A stretch of 64,000 bases of DNA from Candidatus Altiarchaeota archaeon (GTDB taxonomy: Archaea > Altiarchaeota > Altiarchaeia > IMC4 > QMZM01). The DNA is taken from contig JAFGDV010000012.1 of the NCBI GenBank assembly GCA_016931955.1, positions 32,001 through 96,000 on the forward strand. The letters run 5' to 3'. Positions 22,584 to 32,219 of the stretch are shown one piece after another. The notes under the pieces were generated by a model, which worked only from the letters and a program-made list of their open reading frames with translations, did no database searches and had not been told where the DNA came from. A program made the translations under genes and the position numbers. Position 1 is the first letter of the stretch; each line of letters starts with the position of its first letter.

Positions 22584-23798
22584 TCAATTTCTTCTTAACA
22601 AAACTAACTGTGTTAAAAAGAATAATATATTAACGCCAAACAAAATCCAGATTATGTTATCCAATGTTAGATGATATAAAAGAATAAACACTATCTCAAA
22701 TGTTGTTATTGCCAATAGATAGGGGATAAATCCTGTTTTCTTTAATGCTAGGTTGTAGTTCACTAGAAGCGTATTTACGCCTATGGGTAGCATTGCAACA
22801 CCCAAGAGTTGTAATAAAGGAACTGAGTTAAGGTATTCTGGGCTGAATAAAACCCCTATAATAAATCTCGGGAAAAACCAAAAGACTGCCGCTACAAGAA
22901 TTGACGTAGTTAAAACATAAAAAATGCTTGCGCTTAATATCCCTTTCGTTTCCTCGCCTTTCGCATAAACCTCAGAGACCTTAGGAAACATAACCATACA
23001 AACAGACGAAGTCACAAAAAGAATCAATCGCGCCATCGTCAAAGCAACATTATAAAAACCAGTCTCCTGAGAACTAAAAAAGTGTTTAACAAACACGGTT
23101 GGAGCCTCAACCATAACAGTCATACAAAAGAGAGTTAAAAGAACAGGCCACGTATATTTGTATATGGCTGATATATCTATACTGTTATCTGATCGATCAA
23201 ACAAAAACTTTAGGGGGATGAAAGCTATCAAAAAAGCAAAAAGATAACCCAAACCATAAGCAAGAAGAGCCCCATTAACACCCAAACCAAAAAAAACAAG
23301 GACTACTCCCAAAACCAATCTTGCTACAGACTCCAGAGAAAAATTCAAACCCAGTTGATTAAAGTCTTGTATGCCACGAAGAACCCCCCGATTAACAGGT
23401 AAAACAACAGCGAACACAATAGAAAAACCAACAATGACTACCGGTGTGATAGAGGGCAACTTCATGAAATCAGCAATAAACCAACTCAACAATAAGACAA
23501 TAAAAAAGCCTAAAAAACCATACCTAGAGAGCTTTTTTATAGCTGAAAACATAAGAGAATTGATCTTCCCATACTGTTCTTTAGCCTTAAACTCGGAAAC
23601 GAATTTGGTTATAACGGTAGTTATTGTCCCAGACGGAACTGCAAAGATCATAAGCAACGCCAACATGGAACCCAAGATACCATAGTCAGCAGGCCCTAAA
23701 GCCCTTGCCATATAGATGTGATAGATGTAAGCGAAGAGATTGGCTATTACTGTGGCTATAAACATGATACCAGATTGCTTCATAAGTTGTTTAGACAT
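22584..23798 (-). CDS. Oligosaccharide flippase
   Basis: MARALGPADYG, RGVLRGIQDF and VMFPKVS motifs; polytopic; ATG at 23798 preferred. Confidence 0.85.
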   Translation of the reverse strand: MSKQLMKQSGIMFIATVIANLFAYIYHIYMARALGPADYGILGSMLALLMIFAVPSGTITTVITKFVSEFKAKEQYGKINSLMFSAIKKLSRYGFLGFFIVLLLSWFIADFMKLPSITPVVIVGFSIVFAVVLPVNRGVLRGIQDFNQLGLNFSLESVARLVLGVVLVFFGLGVNGALLAYGLGYLFAFLIAFIPLKFLFDRSDNSIDISAIYKYTWPVLLTLFCMTVMVEAPTVFVKHFFSSQETGFYNVALTMARLILFVTSSVCMVMFPKVSEVYAKGEETKGILSASIFYVLTTSILVAAVFWFFPRFIIGVLFSPEYLNSVPLLQLLGVAMLPIGVNTLLVNYNLALKKTGFIPYLLAITTFEIVFILLYHLTLDNIIWILFGVNILFFLTQLVLLRRN

Positions 23799-24018
23799 GT
23801 TCTGTATCACCACAAAATAAATTGTATATAGTTATATGGAGAGAGATAATAACTAATCGGGTTTGAATCAATTGCCTTCTTATCCGTACATTTTATATTA
23901 TATATAATTATTTTCATACAATGTTTATATTTAAGCAATTCAATCCATATATTAGCATATATCACACACGCTCCAGGTATTTATGCACGAAAATAAAAAT
24001 AATTTAAAACAAGAGAAC

Positions 24019-27000
24019 ATGCGAAAAACACTCTACTTGATAATAGGCATACTAATAACAGTCAGCCTAGCTAACGCACAATGTGGATATTCTGGAACAG
24101 GAGACTGGATTATAGATTCTAAGATTGATTGCAAGGACACATCGATTACATTAAACGGAAACATACTCATCAACACAGGAGGCTGGCTTAACGCAACCAA
24201 TGTGTTTTTCACATTCAACAACACTGGTAAAGCCAACGAAACAACAAGAGGCACGGCACTTGAAGACGGAGGCAACCTGACTCTTGTGGACTGCCTTTAT
24301 CAAAGCAACGAACCAGTTGGTGGAACGGATATTGAAGACAACCCAGGCGGTTGGACTAACACATGGATCAATGTATGGAATGATGTTGGAAATGCAGACT
24401 GTAGGATAATATTGAATAGAACAACCTTCAATGGCATAGGGATGCATCCCTTGAACATATTAAATAGTCGCTATGGCATCTACCCTATGGAGGGGCAGAT
24501 GTGGGTGGACAACTGCACATGCAATAAATCAGTTAACTGTTTCATTTCTACAGCAGATAGCACAAGAGGGGATAATAGAACAATTCGCTACTTGAAAAAC
24601 AACAAATTTGAGAACATAAGCACATTCCCCTATGTCTTCCTCTATGATGGAGACAGTGAAACAGAATACTTGGAAATAACAGGAAACACCTGGTATGGTA
24701 ACACATACCGTATGGGGACACTTGATTACACTGAGAAAGTTAAGATATACGACAACACCGCAAGCGGCACACCCAACTATGGTTTCAGCAACAACGGAGC
24801 AAGTGATGTCTTGATATACAACATGAACATTTCAGGACCGCCAACAGCAGTAGAGTTAAATTCAGGAAACCATGACTTTGAGATATACAATCTGAATATA
24901 ACAAACGGCGGAATAGGCTGCAACTACGGCAACCGCAACATAACAATACATGATGTAGACGTCACAGGTAAGAAAGCATTTGTAGGAAGCACCGCAGTCG
25001 CAGGAAGCCCAAACTACAACAACCACTTCTACAACATGACATACACATTTGTTTTCGGGGCAGACATAGTAGGCTACCTGATAGCCTACACAGGAGAAAA
25101 CTCAACAATAGAGGACATCACAATAGTTGGGTCTCCCACAGACCAGACAGCGATAACCACAAAACACGCCACAGGAGGGACTGGGGGAAGCGAATACTAT
25201 GTTAAAAACGTCACATATGAGGACATAAGCATAGACAACATCAACACAGGCATCCGGATGAAATACTTCAACGACAGCACATTCAGAGACATCAGGATGA
25301 CCAATGTGAACAGCTACAACATCTACTTCTCAGGGAACAACTACCGAAACAGATTCATCAACGTCACACACGACAGCGTTTTCTTCGACAACAACGACGA
25401 CGTATTCGACTACTACAATTATCTTTCGGTGAATGTGACCGGTGACAACGTGTGGGGGATAGAAGTGTATAATAGGACTAGCGATTTGTTAACGAGCGGA
25501 TCCACGACGACGGGGAAAGTCGAGAAACTAGAAGTCAACGAATTCAAGCAGACCAAGGTGGCGACAAATTTACAGTATCCGCACACGATCAAGGTAACAG
25601 GATTGGTGGCGGACACGGACTACAACGTCACAGTAAACGGAGCATACAGTCAAACAAAAAAGACAGACGCACTGGGAGTACTGACATTCCAAGAGAATAT
25701 AACAGACAACACACGGATGACACTGAAGGCGACAACAGACGTATACCCGCCATTCATCACGATCATTACACCACAGAACACAAAATACGCGCAAGGAGCG
25801 CTGACGGCGGAGATCAGCTTAGACGAAGACGGAGACTGGTGCGCATACTCACTAGAAGGAAACCCCAACAAAACAATGACAGGAGCAGGAAAAAGCTGGA
25901 CAACACTGCTCACAGAACTCGCGAAGATAGAGTACAGCATAAAGTTCTGGTGCAATGACACACAAGGACACATGGGGTCATCCGAGAAACGATATTTTAC
26001 GATAGTAGAATGCCTGGCAGACGGAGACTGCGGCATAGGACAATACTGCAACACAGGAGATGAGTGCAAAGACAAAAAAGGAGACGGAGCACCATGCAGT
26101 GCAGATAAGGAGTGCACGTCAAATGAATGCTGCCATTCAATATGTAGAAGTGTGTGCCCCTACTGCGGAGACGGATACTGCGACGGAGGAGAAACATGCG
26201 GAACATGCCCGCTAGACTGCACCTGCGCACCCGGAGGCGGACCAGGAGGAGGAACAGGAGGATCCGGAGGAGCCATCGGGACAGGAGGAATAGGGGCGAA
26301 CTGCTTCGACGGGATAATGAACCAGGGAGAAACCGGAATAGACTGCGGAGGACCCTGCAAGGCATGTCCTAGTTGCATGGACGGGATACTGAACCAAGGC
26401 GAGACCGGAGTAGACTGCGGAGGACCCTGCGGAGAATGCGCCATCGGAGCGACAGCGGCAAGCTGCTATGACAGAATAAAGAACCAGGGAGAACAAGGAA
26501 TAGACTGCGGAGGACCCTGCAAGGCATGCAAGACAGGGAACATATTACAGGAGAAATTCATGATAGGGTTAAATCATCCCAGTGAAGTGGAAGCAGGAGA
26601 CCACTACACAGTAGGAGTGACAGTAGAGAATACAGGAGACACCACACTAAAAGAACTGAACGTGAAAGTAGGCAGCCAGATAAAGACAACCGACTTAGAT
26701 CTGACAGAGAAAAAGACAGTGGAATTCCAACTAACCGCGCCACGAGAAGAAGGAGAATACATGATAAAAGTAGAAGCATACAATGGAACCCTAAGAGAAG
26801 AAGAACAAACAAAGATACAAGTAAAGCCAACCCCGCTGACGCTGAGAGCCACAACAGTAGACAACACAACATATATTATAACGCAGACCAATTACACCGA
26901 CGCAGTGATAGAATTAATAATCACAAGAGAAAACAAAACAGTATACTGGGACTACATAAGCGAAGAAGAACACATAACACAGATACAGGCAGGAAACTAC

Positions 27001-27174
27001 CAAGTACAAGCCAACCTCAGAGTAGACGGAAAAACACTGAAAACCAAACAAATAACGCCGACCACAGAAAAAGAAACAATACCCGAAGACATGACCACGA
27101 TACTGGCAATACCGTTACTGATAATAAACCTCGCTTTATTAGGAAGCATCACCAAAAAAATAATAAGAAAATAA
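24019..27174 (+). CDS. Large secreted or membrane-anchored surface protein (beta-helix-like N-half, Ig-like region, Cys-rich repeats, CARDB-like domain, C-terminal TM)
   Basis: Signal peptide MRKTLYLIIGILITVSLANA; Asn/Thr-rich beta-helix-like region; three CxDGxxNQGExGIDCGGPCxxC repeats; VTVENTG motif; C-terminal hydrophobic helix plus basic tail. Confidence 0.8.
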   Translation: MRKTLYLIIGILITVSLANAQCGYSGTGDWIIDSKIDCKDTSITLNGNILINTGGWLNATNVFFTFNNTGKANETTRGTALEDGGNLTLVDCLYQSNEPVGGTDIEDNPGGWTNTWINVWNDVGNADCRIILNRTTFNGIGMHPLNILNSRYGIYPMEGQMWVDNCTCNKSVNCFISTADSTRGDNRTIRYLKNNKFENISTFPYVFLYDGDSETEYLEITGNTWYGNTYRMGTLDYTEKVKIYDNTASGTPNYGFSNNGASDVLIYNMNISGPPTAVELNSGNHDFEIYNLNITNGGIGCNYGNRNITIHDVDVTGKKAFVGSTAVAGSPNYNNHFYNMTYTFVFGADIVGYLIAYTGENSTIEDITIVGSPTDQTAITTKHATGGTGGSEYYVKNVTYEDISIDNINTGIRMKYFNDSTFRDIRMTNVNSYNIYFSGNNYRNRFINVTHDSVFFDNNDDVFDYYNYLSVNVTGDNVWGIEVYNRTSDLLTSGSTTTGKVEKLEVNEFKQTKVATNLQYPHTIKVTGLVADTDYNVTVNGAYSQTKKTDALGVLTFQENITDNTRMTLKATTDVYPPFITIITPQNTKYAQGALTAEISLDEDGDWCAYSLEGNPNKTMTGAGKSWTTLLTELAKIEYSIKFWCNDTQGHMGSSEKRYFTIVECLADGDCGIGQYCNTGDECKDKKGDGAPCSADKECTSNECCHSICRSVCPYCGDGYCDGGETCGTCPLDCTCAPGGGPGGGTGGSGGAIGTGGIGANCFDGIMNQGETGIDCGGPCKACPSCMDGILNQGETGVDCGGPCGECAIGATAASCYDRIKNQGEQGIDCGGPCKACKTGNILQEKFMIGLNHPSEVEAGDHYTVGVTVENTGDTTLKELNVKVGSQIKTTDLDLTEKKTVEFQLTAPREEGEYMIKVEAYNGTLREEEQTKIQVKPTPLTLRATTVDNTTYIITQTNYTDAVIELIITRENKTVYWDYISEEEHITQIQAGNYQVQANLRVDGKTLKTKQITPTTEKETIPEDMTTILAIPLLIINLALLGSITKKIIRK
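26302..26529 (+). repeat. Three intragenic ~66-bp Cys-rich repeats
   Basis: TAGACTGCGGAGGACCCTGC occurs three times (about 26339, 26411 and 26501). Confidence 0.9.
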
Positions 27175-27175
27175 A

Positions 27176-27427
27176 ATGTACATACCCTACCTAAACATAG
27201 ACATAGACCTAATATGGCTGCTAGTGCTAGGAAACATGGGAATGATACTAGCACTAATACTGATACTAATAGAACTACAACAAGTAAGAAAACTGAGGAA
27301 AGCATTCGAACACATGTTCGGACACTACGAAGAACTAATGGAAAAAGACACCAAAATATTCTGGAAAGAACTGGAAGAACTAAAATACATAATAGGAGCA
27401 AACAACAACAAATCAACTGAACAATGA
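27176..27427 (+). CDS. Small membrane protein (83 aa)
   Basis: Starts 1 nt after the surface-protein stop; one hydrophobic helix followed by a charged helical tail. Confidence 0.7.
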   Translation: MYIPYLNIDIDLIWLLVLGNMGMILALILILIELQQVRKLRKAFEHMFGHYEELMEKDTKIFWKELEELKYIIGANNNKSTEQ

Positions 27428-27437
27428 AGCATACAAT

Positions 27438-27541
27438 CTGACATAGGATACGTGTTCTACGAGATCGAGCTTGCTCTTACCGCCCCCATGCGGTCGACGA
27501 AGGGGATGGAAATAGCCGCAGACCAGGATCTCTAAGAGGAT
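27438..27541 (-). pseudogene. Decayed remnant 1 of the dolichol-P-mannose synthase 3' end
   Basis: Minus strand reads ILLEILV..(deletion)..FVDR..GGKSKLDLVEHVSYVR versus ILLEILV...FIDREGGKSKLNLGEHLSYVR in the intact gene (33884-34005). Confidence 0.85.
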
Positions 27542-27627
27542 AGGGATACAGCCGCCTGAGACACTAAAAGCCCACCGAAACATCTGATAACGGAGTTGTT
27601 ACTTTCTGGTGTAGCATTTTTAAACAT

Positions 27628-27649
27628 ATGTTACGTTATAATGTAACAT
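27628..27649. promoter_or_regulatory. Inverted repeat over the start of ATPase 1, downstream of a TATA-like TTTAAACA
   Basis: ATGTTAC-GTTATAAT-GTAACAT. Confidence 0.55.
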
Positions 27650-28928
27650 GGAACTACGTAAATTAGCCGAAGCCAACCCCTGGTGGCAGACCAAAAAAGT
27701 ACCACAAAACCTCCGAGGACGCGACAGACCCAAATACAGACTACTCCTAAAATCAATCACACAAAAAGAAGTCACAATAATAACCGGAGTCAGACGCTCA
27801 GGAAAAAGCACACTAATGTACCAGACCATAGACAACCTACTCAAAGAAAAAACACCCCCAAAACAGATACTATTCGTCAACCTAGAAGACCCAAGACTCA
27901 CAAACGACACACTAGACGACATATACGAAGCATACAGAAGCGGAATCAACCCCGACCAGAAGGCACACATCTTCCTAGACGAAATACACCGAAGAGAAAA
28001 CTGGGAAAAATGGGTCAAAAGACACTACGACCTCGGCACAGACTGCAAATTCACAATCTCAGGATCATGCTCATACCTCCTGAAAAAAGAATACTCAACA
28101 CTACTCACAGGCAGAAACCTCACCTTCGAAGTATTCCCCCTAAGCTTCCAAGAATACCTCACCTTCAAAGGCATCAACTTAGACGCCGAAGCACTGGAAA
28201 AAGACATCCTCCTAGAGAAACAGAGACACGAAATCCAGAAGGCGATGAACGAATACATGGAAGAAGGAGGCTTCCCAGACGCGTTCTTCAAAGAAGAAGA
28301 CTTCAAGAGACTGCTCCTAACACAATACTTCGACGACATAATATACAAAGACATCGTAGACCGCCACGAACTAAACAGCCGCAAAACAAGAGACCTTGCA
28401 CTATACCTCGCATCCAACATCACCTCCCCACTATCCCTCAGAAACATCAGAAACACGCTCGGACTATCCTACGAATCAATAAAAGACTACATCACATACT
28501 ACGCCGAAGCATTCCTCTTCTTCACAGTCGAACACTTCTCCTACTCCCTCAAAGAACAGAAGACACGCCCCTCAAAAGCATACTGCATAGACAACGGCCT
28601 CCGAAACGCAGTAAGCTTCAAGTTCACAAAAGACGACGGAAAACTAGCCGAAAACCTAGCCTACCTCCACCTAAGACAAAACAAAGACGACATATACTAC
28701 TGGAAAGACAAAAACGAAGTAGACTTCATAACAAAAAACCCCGACCACACACTAACCGCCATAAACGTCACATACACAGATGAAGTGGACGAAAGAGAAA
28801 TAAAGTCGCTCAAAGAATTCAAACAAAAACACAAAAAAACACAAGAACTCATAATAATCACAAAAAACACCCAAAAAACACAAGAAGAAATCAAGTACAT
28901 ACCACTATGGAAGTGGCTGCTAGAATAG
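27648..28928 (+). CDS. AAA+ ATPase, COG1373 type (AAA_14 + DUF4143), copy 1
   Basis: NPWW, Walker A GVRRSGKS, Walker B IFLDEIH, LTGR, GGFP, KAYCIDNG, EVDF and IPLWKWLL motifs. Confidence 0.9.
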   Translation: MELRKLAEANPWWQTKKVPQNLRGRDRPKYRLLLKSITQKEVTIITGVRRSGKSTLMYQTIDNLLKEKTPPKQILFVNLEDPRLTNDTLDDIYEAYRSGINPDQKAHIFLDEIHRRENWEKWVKRHYDLGTDCKFTISGSCSYLLKKEYSTLLTGRNLTFEVFPLSFQEYLTFKGINLDAEALEKDILLEKQRHEIQKAMNEYMEEGGFPDAFFKEEDFKRLLLTQYFDDIIYKDIVDRHELNSRKTRDLALYLASNITSPLSLRNIRNTLGLSYESIKDYITYYAEAFLFFTVEHFSYSLKEQKTRPSKAYCIDNGLRNAVSFKFTKDDGKLAENLAYLHLRQNKDDIYYWKDKNEVDFITKNPDHTLTAINVTYTDEVDEREIKSLKEFKQKHKKTQELIIITKNTQKTQEEIKYIPLWKWLLE

Positions 28929-28942
28929 AGACTAACCCAGAT

Positions 28943-28986
28943 ACTCCGAGGTTTAATTTACATTTGCCGCCCACGCGGTCGACGAA
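28943..28986 (-). pseudogene. Decayed remnant 2 of a dolichol-P-mannose synthase 3' end
   Basis: Minus strand encodes FVDRVGGKCKLNLG versus FIDREGGKSKLNLG, with mostly synonymous differences. Confidence 0.7.
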
Positions 28987-29041
28987 TAAACAAAATTTGC
29001 CGTTACAAGGGCAAAGTTTTAAAAGAAAATTCACCCACAAA

Positions 29042-29088
29042 TGCAATATTTATGCATAAATATTGCAATAGACTGCAATATTTAAATA
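29042..29088. promoter_or_regulatory. Perfect 26-bp palindrome plus TATA box upstream of ATPase 2
   Basis: TGCAATATTTATGCATAAATATTGCA (29042-29067); TGCA recurs at 11, 11 and 10 bp spacing; TTTAAATA at 29081-29088. Confidence 0.7.
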
Positions 29089-29108
29089 CAACAACCACTA
29101 TATATAAC

Positions 29109-30434
29109 ATGGACAAAAACACCCTCAGAGCAACAATAATATCACAAAAAAAAGAAACAAAAAAAATACTAAAACAAGAAAAAATCATAGAAAGAGAACT
29201 ACAAAAAGAAACAGAAAAACAACTAAAAAACAACCTCATCAAGATCACCACAGGCGTCAGAAGATGCGGAAAATCAACCCTCGCCCTACAAACACTCCAA
29301 GACAAAGAACACGCCTACATCAACTTCGACGACGAAAGACTCTACAAGATCACGACAAAAGACCTCGACACAATCCTAGAAACACTATATGAAGTATACG
29401 GAAACTTCAAATACCTCCTCCTAGACGAAATACAGAACATACCTGGATGGGAGCTATACGCAAACAGACTACAAAGACAAGGCCTCAACCTCATAGTAAC
29501 CGGAAGCAACGCAAAACTACTAAGCAAAGAACTTGCAACACACCTAACAGGAAGACACATCACACTTGAACTATACCCCTTCTCCTTCAGAGAATACCTA
29601 AGCTACCACAAAATCAGCCCCCAAAAAGAAGACCTACAAATCGCAGAAGGCATCGGAAAAATCAAAAAACACCTAAGAGACTACATAGAAAAAGGCGGAT
29701 TCCCCGAAACATACAAAATCAAAGACAACACAAGATACCTAAAAGACCTCTACAACTCCATCATAAACCAAGACATCATAAGCAGATACAACATAAAATA
29801 CGCAAACACGCTAAGAGAGATAATCTCCTACACCATCTCAAACTACGCAAGCCCAATAACCTACAAAAAAATAAAAAACATATTCGACATAAAAAGCCAA
29901 CACACAATAAAAAACTACCTCTACTACGCAGAAGAATCATACCTGATAACCCAGAGCCTACAATACACACACAAAATAAAAGAACAAACACGACTGCCCA
30001 AAAAAATCTACGCCATAGACACAGGCCTCATAAAAGCAATAGGATTCAAGGCATCAGAAAACACCGGCAGACTAATGGAAAACCTCATCGCAATAGAACT
30101 ACAGAGAAAAAAAACACAAAACCCCCTCCTAGAAATATACCACTGGAGAGACTACCAAAAAAGAGAAGTCGACTTCGCAGTCAAAGAAGGCCTAAAAGTA
30201 AAGGAACTAATCCAGGCATGCTACGACATCGAAGACCCAAAAACAAAGGAGAGGGAAGAAAAAGCATTGATAAAAGCCGGGAAAGAACTCAGATGCAAAA
30301 ACCTCAAAATAATAACCTGGGACCACGAAGAAACAGGGAGAATAGAGTATATCCCACTATGGAAGTGGCTGCTGCAGCCGACGGGTTTTGTCCCGGCGAC
30401 TGAGGAGAATGTAGTGCCTAACCCAACAAATTAG
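29109..30434 (+). CDS. AAA+ ATPase, COG1373 type, copy 2
   Basis: GVRRCGKS, LLDEIQ, TGSN, LTGRH, GGFPE, KIYAIDTG, EVDF and IPLWKWLL motifs; ATG at 29109 follows the TATA box. Confidence 0.9.
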   Translation: MDKNTLRATIISQKKETKKILKQEKIIERELQKETEKQLKNNLIKITTGVRRCGKSTLALQTLQDKEHAYINFDDERLYKITTKDLDTILETLYEVYGNFKYLLLDEIQNIPGWELYANRLQRQGLNLIVTGSNAKLLSKELATHLTGRHITLELYPFSFREYLSYHKISPQKEDLQIAEGIGKIKKHLRDYIEKGGFPETYKIKDNTRYLKDLYNSIINQDIISRYNIKYANTLREIISYTISNYASPITYKKIKNIFDIKSQHTIKNYLYYAEESYLITQSLQYTHKIKEQTRLPKKIYAIDTGLIKAIGFKASENTGRLMENLIAIELQRKKTQNPLLEIYHWRDYQKREVDFAVKEGLKVKELIQACYDIEDPKTKEREEKALIKAGKELRCKNLKIITWDHEETGRIEYIPLWKWLLQPTGFVPATEENVVPNPTN

Positions 30435-30473
30435 GCACCAAACCCAAAAAAAACACCCCGAATAGGGGAAAAC

Positions 30474-31796
30474 CTAAGGCAACCCCAATAAAGAGAAAAG
30501 CCACGCCGGAATATAATATATTACTATACTATCTGTTCCCCCTCTCCTCAGCTGATTCCTCGTCACCAAAACCGCCTCACCTACACCGTATTTTTCGCAG
30601 AATTTAGTTAGGCTACGAATGTCTTTCTTGTTAATGTAGGTCTGATACTTGACTTCGACAGGCAGCAGCCTTTTGTCCGCTAATACAATATCCACCTCAT
30701 CCTTCTGCGGCGTACGCCAGAAAGATATCTTCTGCAGACTACCCACTATCTGAGACTCTATGAGATGACCTGCTATCCCACCACCTTCAAGCATGCTAAA
30801 GGGTTGATCCAATAACGCCAACACAATAGATGGGTGGACTATGAACTGTTTCTTGCTTGCACGCACCTGCTTAGATACGTTGACAGAGTAGTTGTAGGCC
30901 ACCTTAATCAGAAAAGATTTCTCTAGTAGGCTTACATACTCTGCCGCCTGATTTCGGTTAATCCTGAGGTTGCCTGCTATGTTCACCAACTCAAAGAGTT
31001 GGGCGTTCGCCGCAGCCAGCAGCCTGAGCAATTCGTAGACCACGTTCTCATTCCCCCTGCTAGCCCGACTTATGTCTTCGACGGTTTTCTCTATCACCGA
31101 CTCCCGAATATACTTTTTAATGTATTCTTCGTCGTCTTCGTCAAACAGCTCAGGGAAGGCGCCCCTCTCCAAGTATTGGATGAACAGTTCCATGTATCTA
31201 GCCCTATTCGCAGCGAAATGCAGGTCATATTCTCGTATCATGTTTTCGTTCAAGGCTATCTCGTCCCTAAGACCAAAGTATCTCACAAACTCCCTGAAGG
31301 AAAGTACTGGCAGATGAAAGGATAGTATCCTGCCGGCAAGCGTTTCCCTGTATTTCCTCAGCTCAAGAGACGATGACCCGGAGACAAAAATCTTCAGGTT
31401 CTCTTCGGTGTCATAGACAGTCTTAAGGAGATCAGGGAAGTTAGGAAGCTTCTGCACCTCGTCGAGGAAAAGATACCTCATACCTTTCCCATCAGAAAAC
31501 TCCAGAAAGTAGTTGATTAGATCCCATGCCACCTCATACCTCTGGAAGTCTATGTCGTCGAAGGAGATATAGCAGACGTTCTTTTCTTCGGTCTTCACCA
31601 GAAGCTTCTTTATCATCTGCTTGAGTAAGACAGTCTTGCCTACGCGCCGCAGACCCACGACTGCCAGAATCTGCCTATTTTGACAGTATTTGAGTAGGTC
31701 TCCCATGAGGTCTCTCTCAAACTCTGGAGTAGTGAAGTCTTTTTTCTCCCACCACGGGTTCTGCCTGAAAAGCAGTCTACTGTGTCTTTCGTCCAT
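30474..31796 (-). CDS. AAA+ ATPase, COG1373 type, copy 3 (inverted)
   Basis: QNPWW, GLRRVGKT, LFLDEVQ, SGSSS, LAGR, GAFPE and EVDIV..PVEVKY motifs. Confidence 0.9.
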   Translation of the reverse strand: MDERHSRLLFRQNPWWEKKDFTTPEFERDLMGDLLKYCQNRQILAVVGLRRVGKTVLLKQMIKKLLVKTEEKNVCYISFDDIDFQRYEVAWDLINYFLEFSDGKGMRYLFLDEVQKLPNFPDLLKTVYDTEENLKIFVSGSSSLELRKYRETLAGRILSFHLPVLSFREFVRYFGLRDEIALNENMIREYDLHFAANRARYMELFIQYLERGAFPELFDEDDEEYIKKYIRESVIEKTVEDISRASRGNENVVYELLRLLAAANAQLFELVNIAGNLRINRNQAAEYVSLLEKSFLIKVAYNYSVNVSKQVRASKKQFIVHPSIVLALLDQPFSMLEGGGIAGHLIESQIVGSLQKISFWRTPQKDEVDIVLADKRLLPVEVKYQTYINKKDIRSLTKFCEKYGVGEAVLVTRNQLRRGGTDSIVIYYIPAWLFSLLGLP

Positions 31797-31830
31797 CGTA
31801 TTATCTATTAGGAAGAACATCCTTATAAAG

Positions 31831-31889
31831 TTTATGCACTAAAAACGTGCACAAAATAAAATTTTATGCACAAAAACTGTGCACAGAAT
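31831..31889. promoter_or_regulatory. Tandem 27-bp operator-like repeat upstream of ATPase 3
   Basis: TTTATGCACTAAAAACGTGCACAAAAT (31831-31857) and TTTATGCACAAAAACTGTGCACAGAAT (31863-31889), each an imperfect TGCAC..GTGCA palindrome. Confidence 0.65.
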
Positions 31890-31929
31890 CTAAAAAGCCA
31901 CAAGATTAAGAACGACGCTATTGATTATC

Positions 31930-32028
31930 TCCCCAAAAAACCAGGGAAAGCATTCAAACACTACGAATAAAAAAAGAACTGGAAAAACTGAAACATATAG
32001 TCTACATCACAGAAGAAGAAAAAAACTA
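31930..32028 (+). repeat. ~100-bp duplicated intergenic unit, partly derived from the 3' end of the 83-aa gene; second copy at about 33762-33858
   Basis: CCAGGGAAAGCATTC(A/G)AACACTACGAATAAAAAAAGA...CATCACAGAAGAAGAAAAAAA is shared by both copies. Confidence 0.85.
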
Positions 32029-32033
32029 AAGGC

Positions 32034-32092
32034 CGAGCTTGCTCTTACCGCCCCCATGCGGTCGACGAAGGAGATGGAGATGGCCGCAGACC
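32034..32092 (-). pseudogene. Decayed remnant 3 of the dolichol-P-mannose synthase 3' end
   Basis: 59-bp match to 27466-27524 with 3 mismatches. Confidence 0.85.
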
Positions 32093-32219
32093 CTCAACTG
32101 CCCCAGACCCCTTGCCACAGAATCCTCAGACATTATAAGGTACAGATGACAAAAAACATAGTATTCCATCAGATACAACCAACAATATTTAAACCCAGAA
32201 AACAAAAATAAGATAAAAG

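Noticed and set aside
27683-28783. Long alternative-frame ORFs over the ATPase and AbiE genes (also 32255-33616 and 35945-36715)
   Set aside because: Arg/Pro/Thr/Lys/His-rich translations; explained by T depletion at silent sites removing stop codons, not by overlapping genes
27466-32092. Repeats considered as a CRISPR array or integron attC sites
   Set aside because: Spacing is kilobases, there are no cas or intI genes and no RYYYAAC/GTTRRRY boxes; the repeats translate as dpm C-terminal remnants
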